DNA from: Acutalibacteraceae bacterium
GTDB lineage: Bacteria > Bacillota > Clostridia > Oscillospirales > Acutalibacteraceae
DNA length: 64,000 bases
Assembly (NCBI GenBank): GCA_045597925.1
Contig: JAZLLB010000200.1
Span: 13,574 to 77,573 of the forward strand
Reading direction: 5' to 3'
Shown here: piece after piece, positions 39,070-47,066 of the stretch
Layout of the letters: each line of letters begins with the position of its first letter
Numbering within the stretch: position 1 is the stretch's first letter
Notes under the pieces: generated by a model
Seen by the model: only the letters and a program-made list of their open reading frames with translations
The model's database searches: none
Told to the model about the DNA's origin: nothing
Position numbers and translations under genes: made by a program

Positions 39070-41099
39070 TACTCTACACCTCTGTAAAGAAGTCCTCTTG
39101 TGAATTTGCCTTTTGGTTTTCTTCCGCTTTTATATGCTTCAATTATCTCAGCCGCTTTTTCTTTTGTTTCTGTTGTGAAGTAGAGAAGAATGAAATCGAC
39201 GTTTTTTATCTCATCAAGTCTGTCCGCCATATAAACAGGCTGTGAATTAAGAAGCTCACTGCACCCCGAGGAGCAGTCAACGGGAAAGCTGATGCTTTTT
39301 CTGTCGGTAAGAGATGATTTTCCCCCGCATTCGACACAGGTTTTTTTATTTTTAACAGGGCAGTTCCTTGTGAGCATAAGCGGTACTCTGCCGTACGCGA
39401 AAATTCCACGATGAATATTCCCACCGAGATTTTTTGCCTGATTAAGCGTCATTTCAGCCGAAAGCAAAGCCTTGATTATTCCGAATTTTTCATAATGCGA
39501 AAGCGAAACGGAATTGAAAATATTAGAGCCGAAGCCGGCTGTTACATTCATGCCTGATTTCTTGCCGATTGTCATGCCGTCAAGTGTACCCGCCCACACA
39601 TTTTTTACGCCTTTTTCTTTAAGCACCGTGAGCTTTTCAAAAATTTTCTTGTCACTGCCGAAAATCCCCCTGGGCAGCTCCGCCGAAACGTCATACCTTG
39701 TTTTCACAGCGTTCATCGGAAGAACAATTTCACTTACGCCGTCAGTATTTTCGGGTATCTGTTCTTCATTTTTAAATCTGCAGATTATTTTTGTGTTTTC
39801 CGATTTATGGGGAATTTTTTTAAATTCAAATCCGCAGATATTTTTCTGAGACTGCGCTGTCATTTTTTCTGCTATTTTTTCAAGCGCTTCTCTGCGGATT
39901 TTATTAAGAACGGAAACAGGCACATTCACGCCGCTGTCAATTTCGCAGAAAATATTATTTGCGTAAAACTGCGTACCGCCGGTTTTTGAAAGCTGCTCCT
40001 TTACGCCCGCTTCATCAAGCGGTTTGTTAAGAGCGGAACGGGTAATGAAATCACTTTCGATTTCAACAATAAATCCGTTTGCTTCGGCTTTGAGTGTTAC
40101 AGGTTTATCAAGTAAGGCGCTAAATTCAAAATTCACATAAAATCTCGGTTCTTCTTTTTCATAAAGCCGTGAAAGTTCCGTCAGAATCGGCGCGGCGGAA
40201 ACCACGTCTTCTTTTCTTCTTGTGCCGAACATTTCTCTGCCGAGAGAATCTTTGTAATATCCGTCTGTAAAACCGGTGCGTGAAAAAACGCTTCTGAGAT
40301 TTTCTTTAAGCTTTGCGTCAATACTGCCGCTCACAGCCTGCCTGCAGGCGGTAACCGCCGCCGCGACGTATTCGGGCCGTTTCATTCTGCCCTCAATTTT
40401 AAAAGAAGCTATTCCAGCCTGCGAAAGCTCCTTCAGCTCATCGGTCAGAGATAAATCTTTCAAGCTCAGGTCATAGCTTCCGCTGCCGTCGGCACTGAAC
40501 GGAAGTCTGCACGGCTGAGCGCAGGCACCCCTGTTGCCGCTTCTGGAACCGAGCATGGCGCTCAGACAGCACTGCCCCGAAACGCACATACACAACGCGC
40601 CGTGAACAAACAGCTCAAGCTCTATGGGCGAATTTCTGCACAGATACTCAATTTCGTTTCTGTTCAGCTCTCTTGGCAGAACAGCACGGCAGAAGCCCGC
40701 CTCTTTAAGAGTCTCAATTCCCGAAAGCGACTGAACCGACATCTGCGTTGAAGCGTGAAGAGGCATGAGCGGAACTGTGCTTTTCGCGATTTCGACAGCC
40801 GCAAAATCCTGCAAAATAAGTGCATCTACGCCGCAGGCATAGCTGCACTCAATAATCCTCTGAGCCGTTTTGATTTCATCATCACTTATTATCGTGTTGA
40901 GCGTAAGATAGACCTTAACTCCTCTTGAATGACAGAAATCCACCGTTTCTTTTAAATTTTCAAGCCTGAAATTCTCAGCTGAACGGCGTGCGTTAAGCTC
41001 ACGCGTGCCGAGATACACCGCGTCGGCACCGCACAGAACCGCCGCCTGCAAAGCCTCGTGAGAACCCGCCGGAGCAAGAATCTCAACTCTGTTATTCAT
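39069..41099 (-). CDS. U32 family peptidase-like protein (long form)
   Basis: 'EILAPAGS...GADAVYLG', 'FVHGALCMCVSGQCCLS', 'SGNRGACAQPCRLPF'. Confidence 0.9.
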   Translation of the reverse strand: MNNRVEILAPAGSHEALQAAVLCGADAVYLGTRELNARRSAENFRLENLKETVDFCHSRGVKVYLTLNTIISDDEIKTAQRIIECSYACGVDALILQDFAAVEIAKSTVPLMPLHASTQMSVQSLSGIETLKEAGFCRAVLPRELNRNEIEYLCRNSPIELELFVHGALCMCVSGQCCLSAMLGSRSGNRGACAQPCRLPFSADGSGSYDLSLKDLSLTDELKELSQAGIASFKIEGRMKRPEYVAAAVTACRQAVSGSIDAKLKENLRSVFSRTGFTDGYYKDSLGREMFGTRRKEDVVSAAPILTELSRLYEKEEPRFYVNFEFSALLDKPVTLKAEANGFIVEIESDFITRSALNKPLDEAGVKEQLSKTGGTQFYANNIFCEIDSGVNVPVSVLNKIRREALEKIAEKMTAQSQKNICGFEFKKIPHKSENTKIICRFKNEEQIPENTDGVSEIVLPMNAVKTRYDVSAELPRGIFGSDKKIFEKLTVLKEKGVKNVWAGTLDGMTIGKKSGMNVTAGFGSNIFNSVSLSHYEKFGIIKALLSAEMTLNQAKNLGGNIHRGIFAYGRVPLMLTRNCPVKNKKTCVECGGKSSLTDRKSISFPVDCSSGCSELLNSQPVYMADRLDEIKNVDFILLYFTTETKEKAAEIIEAYKSGRKPKGKFTRGLLYRGVE

Positions 41100-41451
41100 G
41101 CTTATACCTTGTAAGCTCCGTTTTAAGACTGCGGATTTCCTTATTGAGCCTGTCTACCTCACGCCTTGAAACCTCGGCATCGGTTTTTGCCTTTGAGGCA
41201 TCTTCCATATAAGCCTGAATTTCTTTGCGTATGGTCAGGGACTTTTCCTCTTCCTTATGCTTGTCATCAGCGAACTGAAGCGCGCACAGAACAGCAGCCT
41301 GAGTCATTGAAAGCCTGCGGTTCTCTTTCATAAGCGTTGACATGGCGATATCCACTTCCTCCGCTACGTAGCGAAGATAATTCACATCTCCGTCTGTGGT
41401 GAGCATATAATCTGCTCCGCCGATACGGATACGGGCTTTGGTTATTTCCAT
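41092..41451 (-). CDS. zapA: cell division protein ZapA
   Basis: 'IRIGGADYMLTTDGDVNYLRYVAEEVD' and 'AAVLCALQFADD', with a coiled-coil tail. Confidence 0.85.
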   Translation of the reverse strand: MEITKARIRIGGADYMLTTDGDVNYLRYVAEEVDIAMSTLMKENRRLSMTQAAVLCALQFADDKHKEEEKSLTIRKEIQAYMEDASKAKTDAEVSRREVDRLNKEIRSLKTELTRYKHE

Positions 41452-41638
41452 CCGAAATCTTCCTTTCGTTTCCGATGTAAAAAATATTCGCCTTATTATA
41501 CAATACTTTTAAACATTTTAAAAGAGATTTTCGACAAATTTTTTAAATTGCCGGAAAATATGTGAATAATGTGGATTTTGCACAAATAAACGCTCTAAAA
41601 AATATTAAATATTTAAGGCGATTATTAGTGTGAAATGG

Positions 41639-41666
41639 TGACTTTTTGTGCAAAATATGATATAAT
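41639..41666 (+). promoter_or_regulatory. candidate phoH operon promoter with extended -10
   Basis: TGACTT at 41639-41644, 16 nt, TGaTATAAT at 41658-41666. Confidence 0.45.
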
Positions 41667-41727
41667 CTGTTTAATAATAGAGTAATTATATATTTTTTTA
41701 CAGTTTTTTATTTTAACGGAGGTCTCA

Positions 41728-42693
41728 ATGTTTGAGCAGATAATAAATTTTGACCGAATGGAGCAGGCTGTATCTCTTTTCGGAAGCTTTGATGAAAATA
41801 TCAGGCTCATCGAAAACAAGTATTCTGTAAACGTTATCAGCCGCGGTTCGGATTTAAAGGTGGCAGGCGAGGCGGAGAATGTCGCGAAGGCAGTCAGAGC
41901 GATAAACGGTCTCATGGTACTTATCAACAAAGGCGAGCCGCTCAATGAGCAAAATGTAAGGTACGTTCTCAGCCTTGTTGAAGACGGCAGTGAGGACAAG
42001 CTCGGCGCAATGATGAACAGCTGCATATGCATAACCTCAAAGGGCAGACCCGTCAAGCCGAAAACGCTCGGTCAGGAAAAGTATGTTGAAGCAATCAGAA
42101 ACGAAACTGTTGTTTTCGGCATCGGTCCCGCGGGTACAGGCAAAACGTATCTTGCAGTTGCCATGGCGGTCAACGCGTCCAGAGCCAAAGAGGTCAACAG
42201 GATAATTCTCACACGTCCAGCAGTTGAGGCGGGGGAAAAGCTGGGCTTTTTGCCGGGTGACCTACAGCAGAAGGTTGACCCTTACCTCAGACCGCTTTAC
42301 GATGCGCTTTTCGATATGCTGGGAGCGGAAAACTTTCAGCGTTATCAGGAAAGGGGAAACATAGAAGTCGCTCCTCTTGCGTATATGCGCGGAAGAACGC
42401 TTGACGACAGCTTCATCATTCTTGACGAAGCGCAGAACACTACGCCGGAGCAGATGAAAATGTTTCTGACACGACTGGGTTTCAACTCAAAAATGGTTGT
42501 AACAGGCGACGTTACACAGATAGATTTGCCTGACGGTAAGCGTTCGGGACTTGTCGAGGCATCAAAAATTCTTAAAGATGTTGATGATATTAAAACTATC
42601 AGATTCAGCGAAAAAGATGTAGTAAGACATAAACTTGTACAGGATATTATAAAAGCATATGAAAAGTTCGAGGAGGTTAAACGTAAAAAATGA
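41728..42693 (+). CDS. phoH: PhoH-like ATPase
   Basis: Walker A 'GPAGTGKTYLA', 'ILDEAQNTT', 'VVTGDVTQIDLP'. Confidence 0.95.
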   Translation: MFEQIINFDRMEQAVSLFGSFDENIRLIENKYSVNVISRGSDLKVAGEAENVAKAVRAINGLMVLINKGEPLNEQNVRYVLSLVEDGSEDKLGAMMNSCICITSKGRPVKPKTLGQEKYVEAIRNETVVFGIGPAGTGKTYLAVAMAVNASRAKEVNRIILTRPAVEAGEKLGFLPGDLQQKVDPYLRPLYDALFDMLGAENFQRYQERGNIEVAPLAYMRGRTLDDSFIILDEAQNTTPEQMKMFLTRLGFNSKMVVTGDVTQIDLPDGKRSGLVEASKILKDVDDIKTIRFSEKDVVRHKLVQDIIKAYEKFEEVKRKK

Positions 42694-43193
42694 GCAATAA
42701 GGTCAAGGTAATCATTTCAGACGACCAGAAAGTAATAAAAATCCCCACCGGCATAAGACTTTTTATACGCCGCTGCTGCAATGCGGTTCTTGCAAATGAG
42801 GAGTTTGACGGTTCAGCTGAAATCAGCGTGCGTTTTGTTGACGACGAGCTGATACACCAGCTTAATCTTGAATACAGAAATATGGACAAAAGCACAGACG
42901 TGCTTTCTTTCCCTCTCGGTGAAAACGGGGAGTACGATATAAATTATGACACAGGAGCAAAAATGCTCGGCGATATTGTTATCTCAATGGAACACGCTGT
43001 AGCTCAGGCGGAGCAGTACGGACATTCACTTCAGCGTGAAATAGGATTTCTCACTGTTCATTCAATGCTTCATCTTTTAGGCTATGACCATGAGGCCGGC
43101 GGCATTGAGCAGGTACGAATGAGAGAAAAAGAAGAACATATTCTCACTCAGCTGGGCGTTAAACGCAACAGCAGCTACTATCTCGGTGAATAA
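42690..43193 (+). CDS. ybeY: rRNA maturation endoribonuclease YbeY
   Basis: 'HSMLHLLGYDH' zinc motif. ATGA overlap with phoH. Confidence 0.95.
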   Translation: MSNKVKVIISDDQKVIKIPTGIRLFIRRCCNAVLANEEFDGSAEISVRFVDDELIHQLNLEYRNMDKSTDVLSFPLGENGEYDINYDTGAKMLGDIVISMEHAVAQAEQYGHSLQREIGFLTVHSMLHLLGYDHEAGGIEQVRMREKEEHILTQLGVKRNSSYYLGE

Positions 43194-43689
43194 TATGAAA
43201 GCGTTCATAAAGGGCTTCGGCTACGCGTTTCAGGGAATACGTTACGCGATTATCCATGAGAGAAACATGCGCTTTCACATAAGCCTTTTCGGCTATATGA
43301 TGTTCTTTCTGCTGCGGTATGATTTTTTCACAATCAGCAAAACTGAATTCGCGGTGCTTCTGATGATGTCTGCTCTCGTCATGGCAGGCGAGCTTATAAA
43401 CACAGGCATCGAAAAAGCCGCGGATGCTGCGACGCTTGAAAAAAATCCTTTTGTGAAAATTTCAAAGGACACGGCGGCAGGAGGAGTTTTAATTTCCGCT
43501 ATTTTCTCGATTGCCGTGGGCATAATCATTATGTTCCAGCCCGAGGCATTCAGAAAGCTTTTCGCGTATTACACGGCGAATCCGCTTTATATAATAATAT
43601 TGATTATAACTCTGGTTCTTGACGGAATTTTTATTTTCGCGGGACCGCAAAAAGTATTTGATTTTTTCAGAGGTAAAAAGAATGACTAA
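43186..43689 (+). CDS. dgkA: diacylglycerol/undecaprenol kinase family membrane protein
   Basis: 3-TM DgkA pattern 'GFGYAFQGIRYAI..ERNMRFH', 'ELINTGIE'. Conserved position between ybeY and era. Confidence 0.85.
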   Translation: MNNMKAFIKGFGYAFQGIRYAIIHERNMRFHISLFGYMMFFLLRYDFFTISKTEFAVLLMMSALVMAGELINTGIEKAADAATLEKNPFVKISKDTAAGGVLISAIFSIAVGIIIMFQPEAFRKLFAYYTANPLYIIILIITLVLDGIFIFAGPQKVFDFFRGKKND

Positions 43690-44581
43690 AACCGCGTTTA
43701 TTGCAATAGTAGGCTGTCCCAATGTTGGCAAATCATCAATACTCAACAGACTTTTAGGGCAGAAAATCGCCATAGTTTCAGATAAGCCGCAGACCACCCG
43801 CACAAGAATCATGGGCGTTCTCACAAAAGACGAAACACAGCTTGTATTCACCGATACTCCCGGTTTCCACAAACCGAAAACAAAGCTGGGCGAAAAAATG
43901 ATGGAAGCCGTTGACGAAAGCATTTCAGGCGTTGACGCCGTGCTTTTCGTCACAGAGCCAATGGGCGAGCTTCGTCCCGCGGAAAAAGAGCTCATTGAGC
44001 GCTTCAAAAAAGAAAAGCTGCCCGTTATTCTTGCCATAAATAAGGTTGACACCATACCCGAAAAAGAGCAGATGATGGCGAGAATACTTGAATTCTCACA
44101 GCTTTATCCCTTTGAGGCAATTGTTCCCGTTTCGGCACTTCGCGGAATCAACATGAACGACCTTGAGGACGAGCTGATGAAGCTGGCATTTGAGTCCGTT
44201 TTCTTCTTCCCCGAGGATACTCTTACAGACCAGCCCGAAAGAGTTATCGCCGCTGAAATAATCAGAGAAAAAATTCTCCGCAATCTCGATAAGGAAATTC
44301 CACACGGCACGGCGGTCAGCATTGAAAAAATGCGTGAAAGAGAAGACAGCGACATTCTTGACATAGACGCGGTTATTTACTGCGAAAAAGAAAGCCATAA
44401 GGGCATAATTATCGGCAAACAGGGCGCAACGCTCAAAAAGATTTCCACAAGAGCGCGCGAGGACATGGAAAAATTCTTCCAGTGCAGAATCAATCTTCAC
44501 ACATGGGTAAAGGTCAAGGAAGGCTGGCGCAACAGAGAAGGTCTTATCCACAACTTCGGCCTCGACGGTCAGAATTTATAG
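43682..44581 (+). CDS. era: GTPase Era
   Basis: G1 'GCPNVGKSS', G3 'DTPG', G4 'NKVD', C-terminal KH domain. ATG 43682 overlaps the dgkA stop. Confidence 0.95.
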   Translation: MTKTAFIAIVGCPNVGKSSILNRLLGQKIAIVSDKPQTTRTRIMGVLTKDETQLVFTDTPGFHKPKTKLGEKMMEAVDESISGVDAVLFVTEPMGELRPAEKELIERFKKEKLPVILAINKVDTIPEKEQMMARILEFSQLYPFEAIVPVSALRGINMNDLEDELMKLAFESVFFFPEDTLTDQPERVIAAEIIREKILRNLDKEIPHGTAVSIEKMREREDSDILDIDAVIYCEKESHKGIIIGKQGATLKKISTRAREDMEKFFQCRINLHTWVKVKEGWRNREGLIHNFGLDGQNL

Positions 44582-44870
44582 TCGGGGTAACTGTTATCTG
44601 ATTTTATATCTCGGTGTTCGAGCTGGAAATGTTATCTGAATTTTTCTCTCGGTATGTACAATTTAATATTTCTGTTGTTTTGCCTCCCTTGGGGGAGGTG
44701 GCAAAATCTCAGATTTTGGCGGTGGGGGTTCAGAAGTCGGGATAACTGCTATCTTATTCCACACTCGGTGCATGAACTGAATATGTTATCTGAATTTTTC
44801 TCTCGGCAGGCGAAAAAGGTTTCCCTTGGGTGAGCTGTCACGGAGTGACTGAGGGGATAGTGAACGATAA
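44580..44870 (+). repeat. tandem ~154-bp composite repeat (2 units) downstream of era
   Basis: Units start at 44580 and 44735 (AGTCGGGgTAACTGtTATC / AGTCGGGaTAACTGcTATC). An identical 24-mer ATGTTATCTGAATTTTTCTCTCGG occurs at 44629-44652 and 44783-44806. Each unit ends in a CCCTTGGG-type G/C hairpin. Confidence 0.8.
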
Positions 44871-44963
44871 ATCAGAATTTGCAGAGAACACGTTAAGATA
44901 AAAAATTTCTTTTTCACAACAAATTTCATCGTATCTTAATGACATACTGTGGAGGCCAAAATA

Positions 44964-45443
44964 ATGAAAAAGATATTCAAAGTTTTAATCCCAGTCATTC
45001 TTACTTTGGTACTCCTATTTGCCGTAATAATAATCAGAGCACTTAATAGCGCACCGCCTCTGGCAGAGGAAGATGAAATAAAGGTAAACATTAAATTTGA
45101 TTTGGATGAAGATATTGGCTTGCTTCTCATAGATTACGATGTTAACGGCTCTGACGGTACTGGAGGACTATCCAACGCAGATAAATCTATGATAAAAAAA
45201 GACAGTCAAGATTTGTATTGGTCATTCTATAAGAGACAACTTAATACCCCTGCCGATACCGTTAACGCTGCATTAAATTTTACAGCGGTAACACAGTATT
45301 GTGATCCCAACTATGATAATATTTATCCGCAAGAATATATGGTCCCGATGGGTGATATAACATTTTCAGCAAATTTCGGAGAAACATACTGCATTACGAT
45401 CACCGGAAGTAAACTCACCGGATATAACGTGTTCATAGAATAA
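44964..45443 (+). CDS. signal-anchored small protein, function unknown
   Basis: GGAGG lies 8 nt before ATG 44964. N-terminal TM 'VLIPVILTLVLLFAVIII'. AT-rich relative to its neighbours. Confidence 0.6.
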   Translation: MKKIFKVLIPVILTLVLLFAVIIIRALNSAPPLAEEDEIKVNIKFDLDEDIGLLLIDYDVNGSDGTGGLSNADKSMIKKDSQDLYWSFYKRQLNTPADTVNAALNFTAVTQYCDPNYDNIYPQEYMVPMGDITFSANFGETYCITITGSKLTGYNVFIE

Positions 45444-45468
45444 TCAGAATGTATCAGGAAAGATCAGA

Positions 45469-46062
45469 ATGATGAAAAAGATTTGTTTCTTTAATAATGC
45501 TAAATCATATATGATTGTTGCCGTACTTGGCATTCTGGCAGGTCTGGCGGTTGCGTTCTTCAGTCAGTTTTCCGCAGATGATCTGTGGAGCTTTGCTCTT
45601 TTCAGTTGCGGTTCGCTTGGATTCTGGATGTTCACCTGCTCACTGATTGCATTATTCAGTGAAAAGAACTATGTTGCCGGAATAAATGTCGGACTTTATG
45701 TGTATCTGATGTTTTATATTACGGGCATTTTTAAGAGACTGACCGTTGTCCAAAAAGGATACAACGATGTGTCTTACTTTTATCACGGACTCTGGCAGGA
45801 ACTTACATACGGGTTAATACCGGCAGTAGTCTGCTTTATTCTCGCTTTTGTCCTTTGGTACGGAAGGAAAGACAAAACCGTTTTTGTGATACTTCGGTTT
45901 GCTCCGGCATTGTGTATTTTTGCAGAAGCAGTTTTAGATTGGGTGGTTGTAGCAACCGGAGACCAAAACTTGTTTATGGCATTGGCTGAGACGGTATGCA
46001 CCATTGTATATTTGCTGATTATCCTGAAAATGTCTGATTTTAAGAAGCAAAAAATTCAATGA
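45469..46062 (+). CDS. multi-pass membrane protein, function unknown
   Basis: 197 aa with about 5-6 TM segments. Starts 25 nt after the preceding gene. Confidence 0.6.
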   Translation: MMKKICFFNNAKSYMIVAVLGILAGLAVAFFSQFSADDLWSFALFSCGSLGFWMFTCSLIALFSEKNYVAGINVGLYVYLMFYITGIFKRLTVVQKGYNDVSYFYHGLWQELTYGLIPAVVCFILAFVLWYGRKDKTVFVILRFAPALCIFAEAVLDWVVVATGDQNLFMALAETVCTIVYLLIILKMSDFKKQKIQ

Positions 46063-46218
46063 CAAATCCCGGTTTATGGGACGGATTTTCAAACAGTGCC
46101 ATTGCAATCAAAGCATGGTAATCAATAATTAAAAATATTATATTTTCGCCATATTTTTATGAAATAAAAACACAAAAACGCAGATAATATAATCACAAAA
46201 TCTGCAAAGGGTGTTTTT

Positions 46219-46371
46219 ATGGATATAAACAATCTCGCCGCGTGGGATAAATTCGCAAAAAGCGGCAAAATCAACGACTATTTACAGTATAAGCATATAA
46301 CGCAGGAGAACAGAAAAAATGCGGATGAACACGGACGGACTGATAATAAAGGAGCACAAAACAAACGGTGA
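46219..46371 (+). CDS. yqzL: YqzL-like small protein (50 aa), missing from the ORF track because it is shorter than 60 aa
   Basis: Manual translation: MDINNLAAWDKFAKSGKINDYLQYKHITQENRKNADEHGRTDNKGAQNKR. The W..F..(S/T)G.I..YL.YK pattern and the position just upstream of recO match the Bacillus era-yqzL-recO arrangement. Confidence 0.55.
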   Translation: MDINNLAAWDKFAKSGKINDYLQYKHITQENRKNADEHGRTDNKGAQNKR

Positions 46372-47056
46372 CGACAGGCTTGTCACCGTTCTTACAAGAG
46401 ATTACGGCGTGCTCCGTGCTTTTGTCAGAGGAGCGCAGAGAATAAAAAGCCGCTCCCAGTGCGGAAGCCAGCTTTTTTCTTATTCCGACCTTTCAATCTA
46501 CCGCGGAAAAGACGCTTATGTCATAGATGAAATTCAGCCCAAAGAGATTTTCTTTGATTTGAGAAATGATATCGGCAAGCTGGCTCTGGCGCAGTATTTC
46601 TGTGAGCTTCAGTATGAGCTTGCTCCGCAGGAGCAGGATGCCGCCGATTTTTTAAGGCTTACGCTCAACTGTCTGCATTTTTTGTCAAAGGACAAGCGTT
46701 CACAGCTTCAGCTCAAGGCGATTGCCGAATTGCGTACGCTGTGCCTCGCCGGCTATATGCCCGACCTTGTGGCGTGTGCCGAATGCGGAAAATTTGAGGA
46801 CGATATCATGTATTTCTGCGTTTATGACGGGCATCTTTACTGCGCCGACTGTGTGGGCGACATTCCCTGTGAGGAAATTCCGCTTGGTGTTGCTTCAGCC
46901 ATGAGATATATATGCTATTGCGAAAACGAAAAACTTTTTTCTTTTAGTTTAAGCGAGGAAAATTTTAAAATTCTCGCTGACGTAAGCGAAAAATATCTGC
47001 TTGCGCAGACAGACAGAAAATACAAAACTCTTGATTTTTACAAGAGCATTACATAG
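46319..47056 (+). CDS. recO: DNA repair protein RecO
   Basis: OB-fold N-terminus 'GLIIKEHKTNGDDRLVTVLTRDYGVLRAFVRGA', and a zinc motif 'CAECG...CADC'. Confidence 0.9.
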   Translation: MRMNTDGLIIKEHKTNGDDRLVTVLTRDYGVLRAFVRGAQRIKSRSQCGSQLFSYSDLSIYRGKDAYVIDEIQPKEIFFDLRNDIGKLALAQYFCELQYELAPQEQDAADFLRLTLNCLHFLSKDKRSQLQLKAIAELRTLCLAGYMPDLVACAECGKFEDDIMYFCVYDGHLYCADCVGDIPCEEIPLGVASAMRYICYCENEKLFSFSLSEENFKILADVSEKYLLAQTDRKYKTLDFYKSIT

Positions 47057-47066
47057 AGGTACGGTT

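Noticed and set aside
41625-42056. Long antisense ORFs inside well-supported genes: 41625-42056 (-) in phoH, 43489-44055 (-) in era, 50382-51113 (-) in the radical SAM gene, 31724-32176 (-) in clpC, and 16723-17118 (-) in an alternate frame of the beta-lactamase-fold gene
   Set aside because: In each case the annotated reading frame (opposite strand, or same strand for 16723-17118) carries strong family motifs. These ORFs lack SDs and have atypical composition.
44580-44870. CRISPR array or oriC-like DnaA-box cluster
   Set aside because: There are only four sub-repeats, with irregular spacing of about 38, 117 and 37 nt. There are no cas genes. TTATC-containing words (TTATCTGA, TTATTCCACA) only loosely resemble the TTATCCACA DnaA box, and there is no dnaA/dnaN context.
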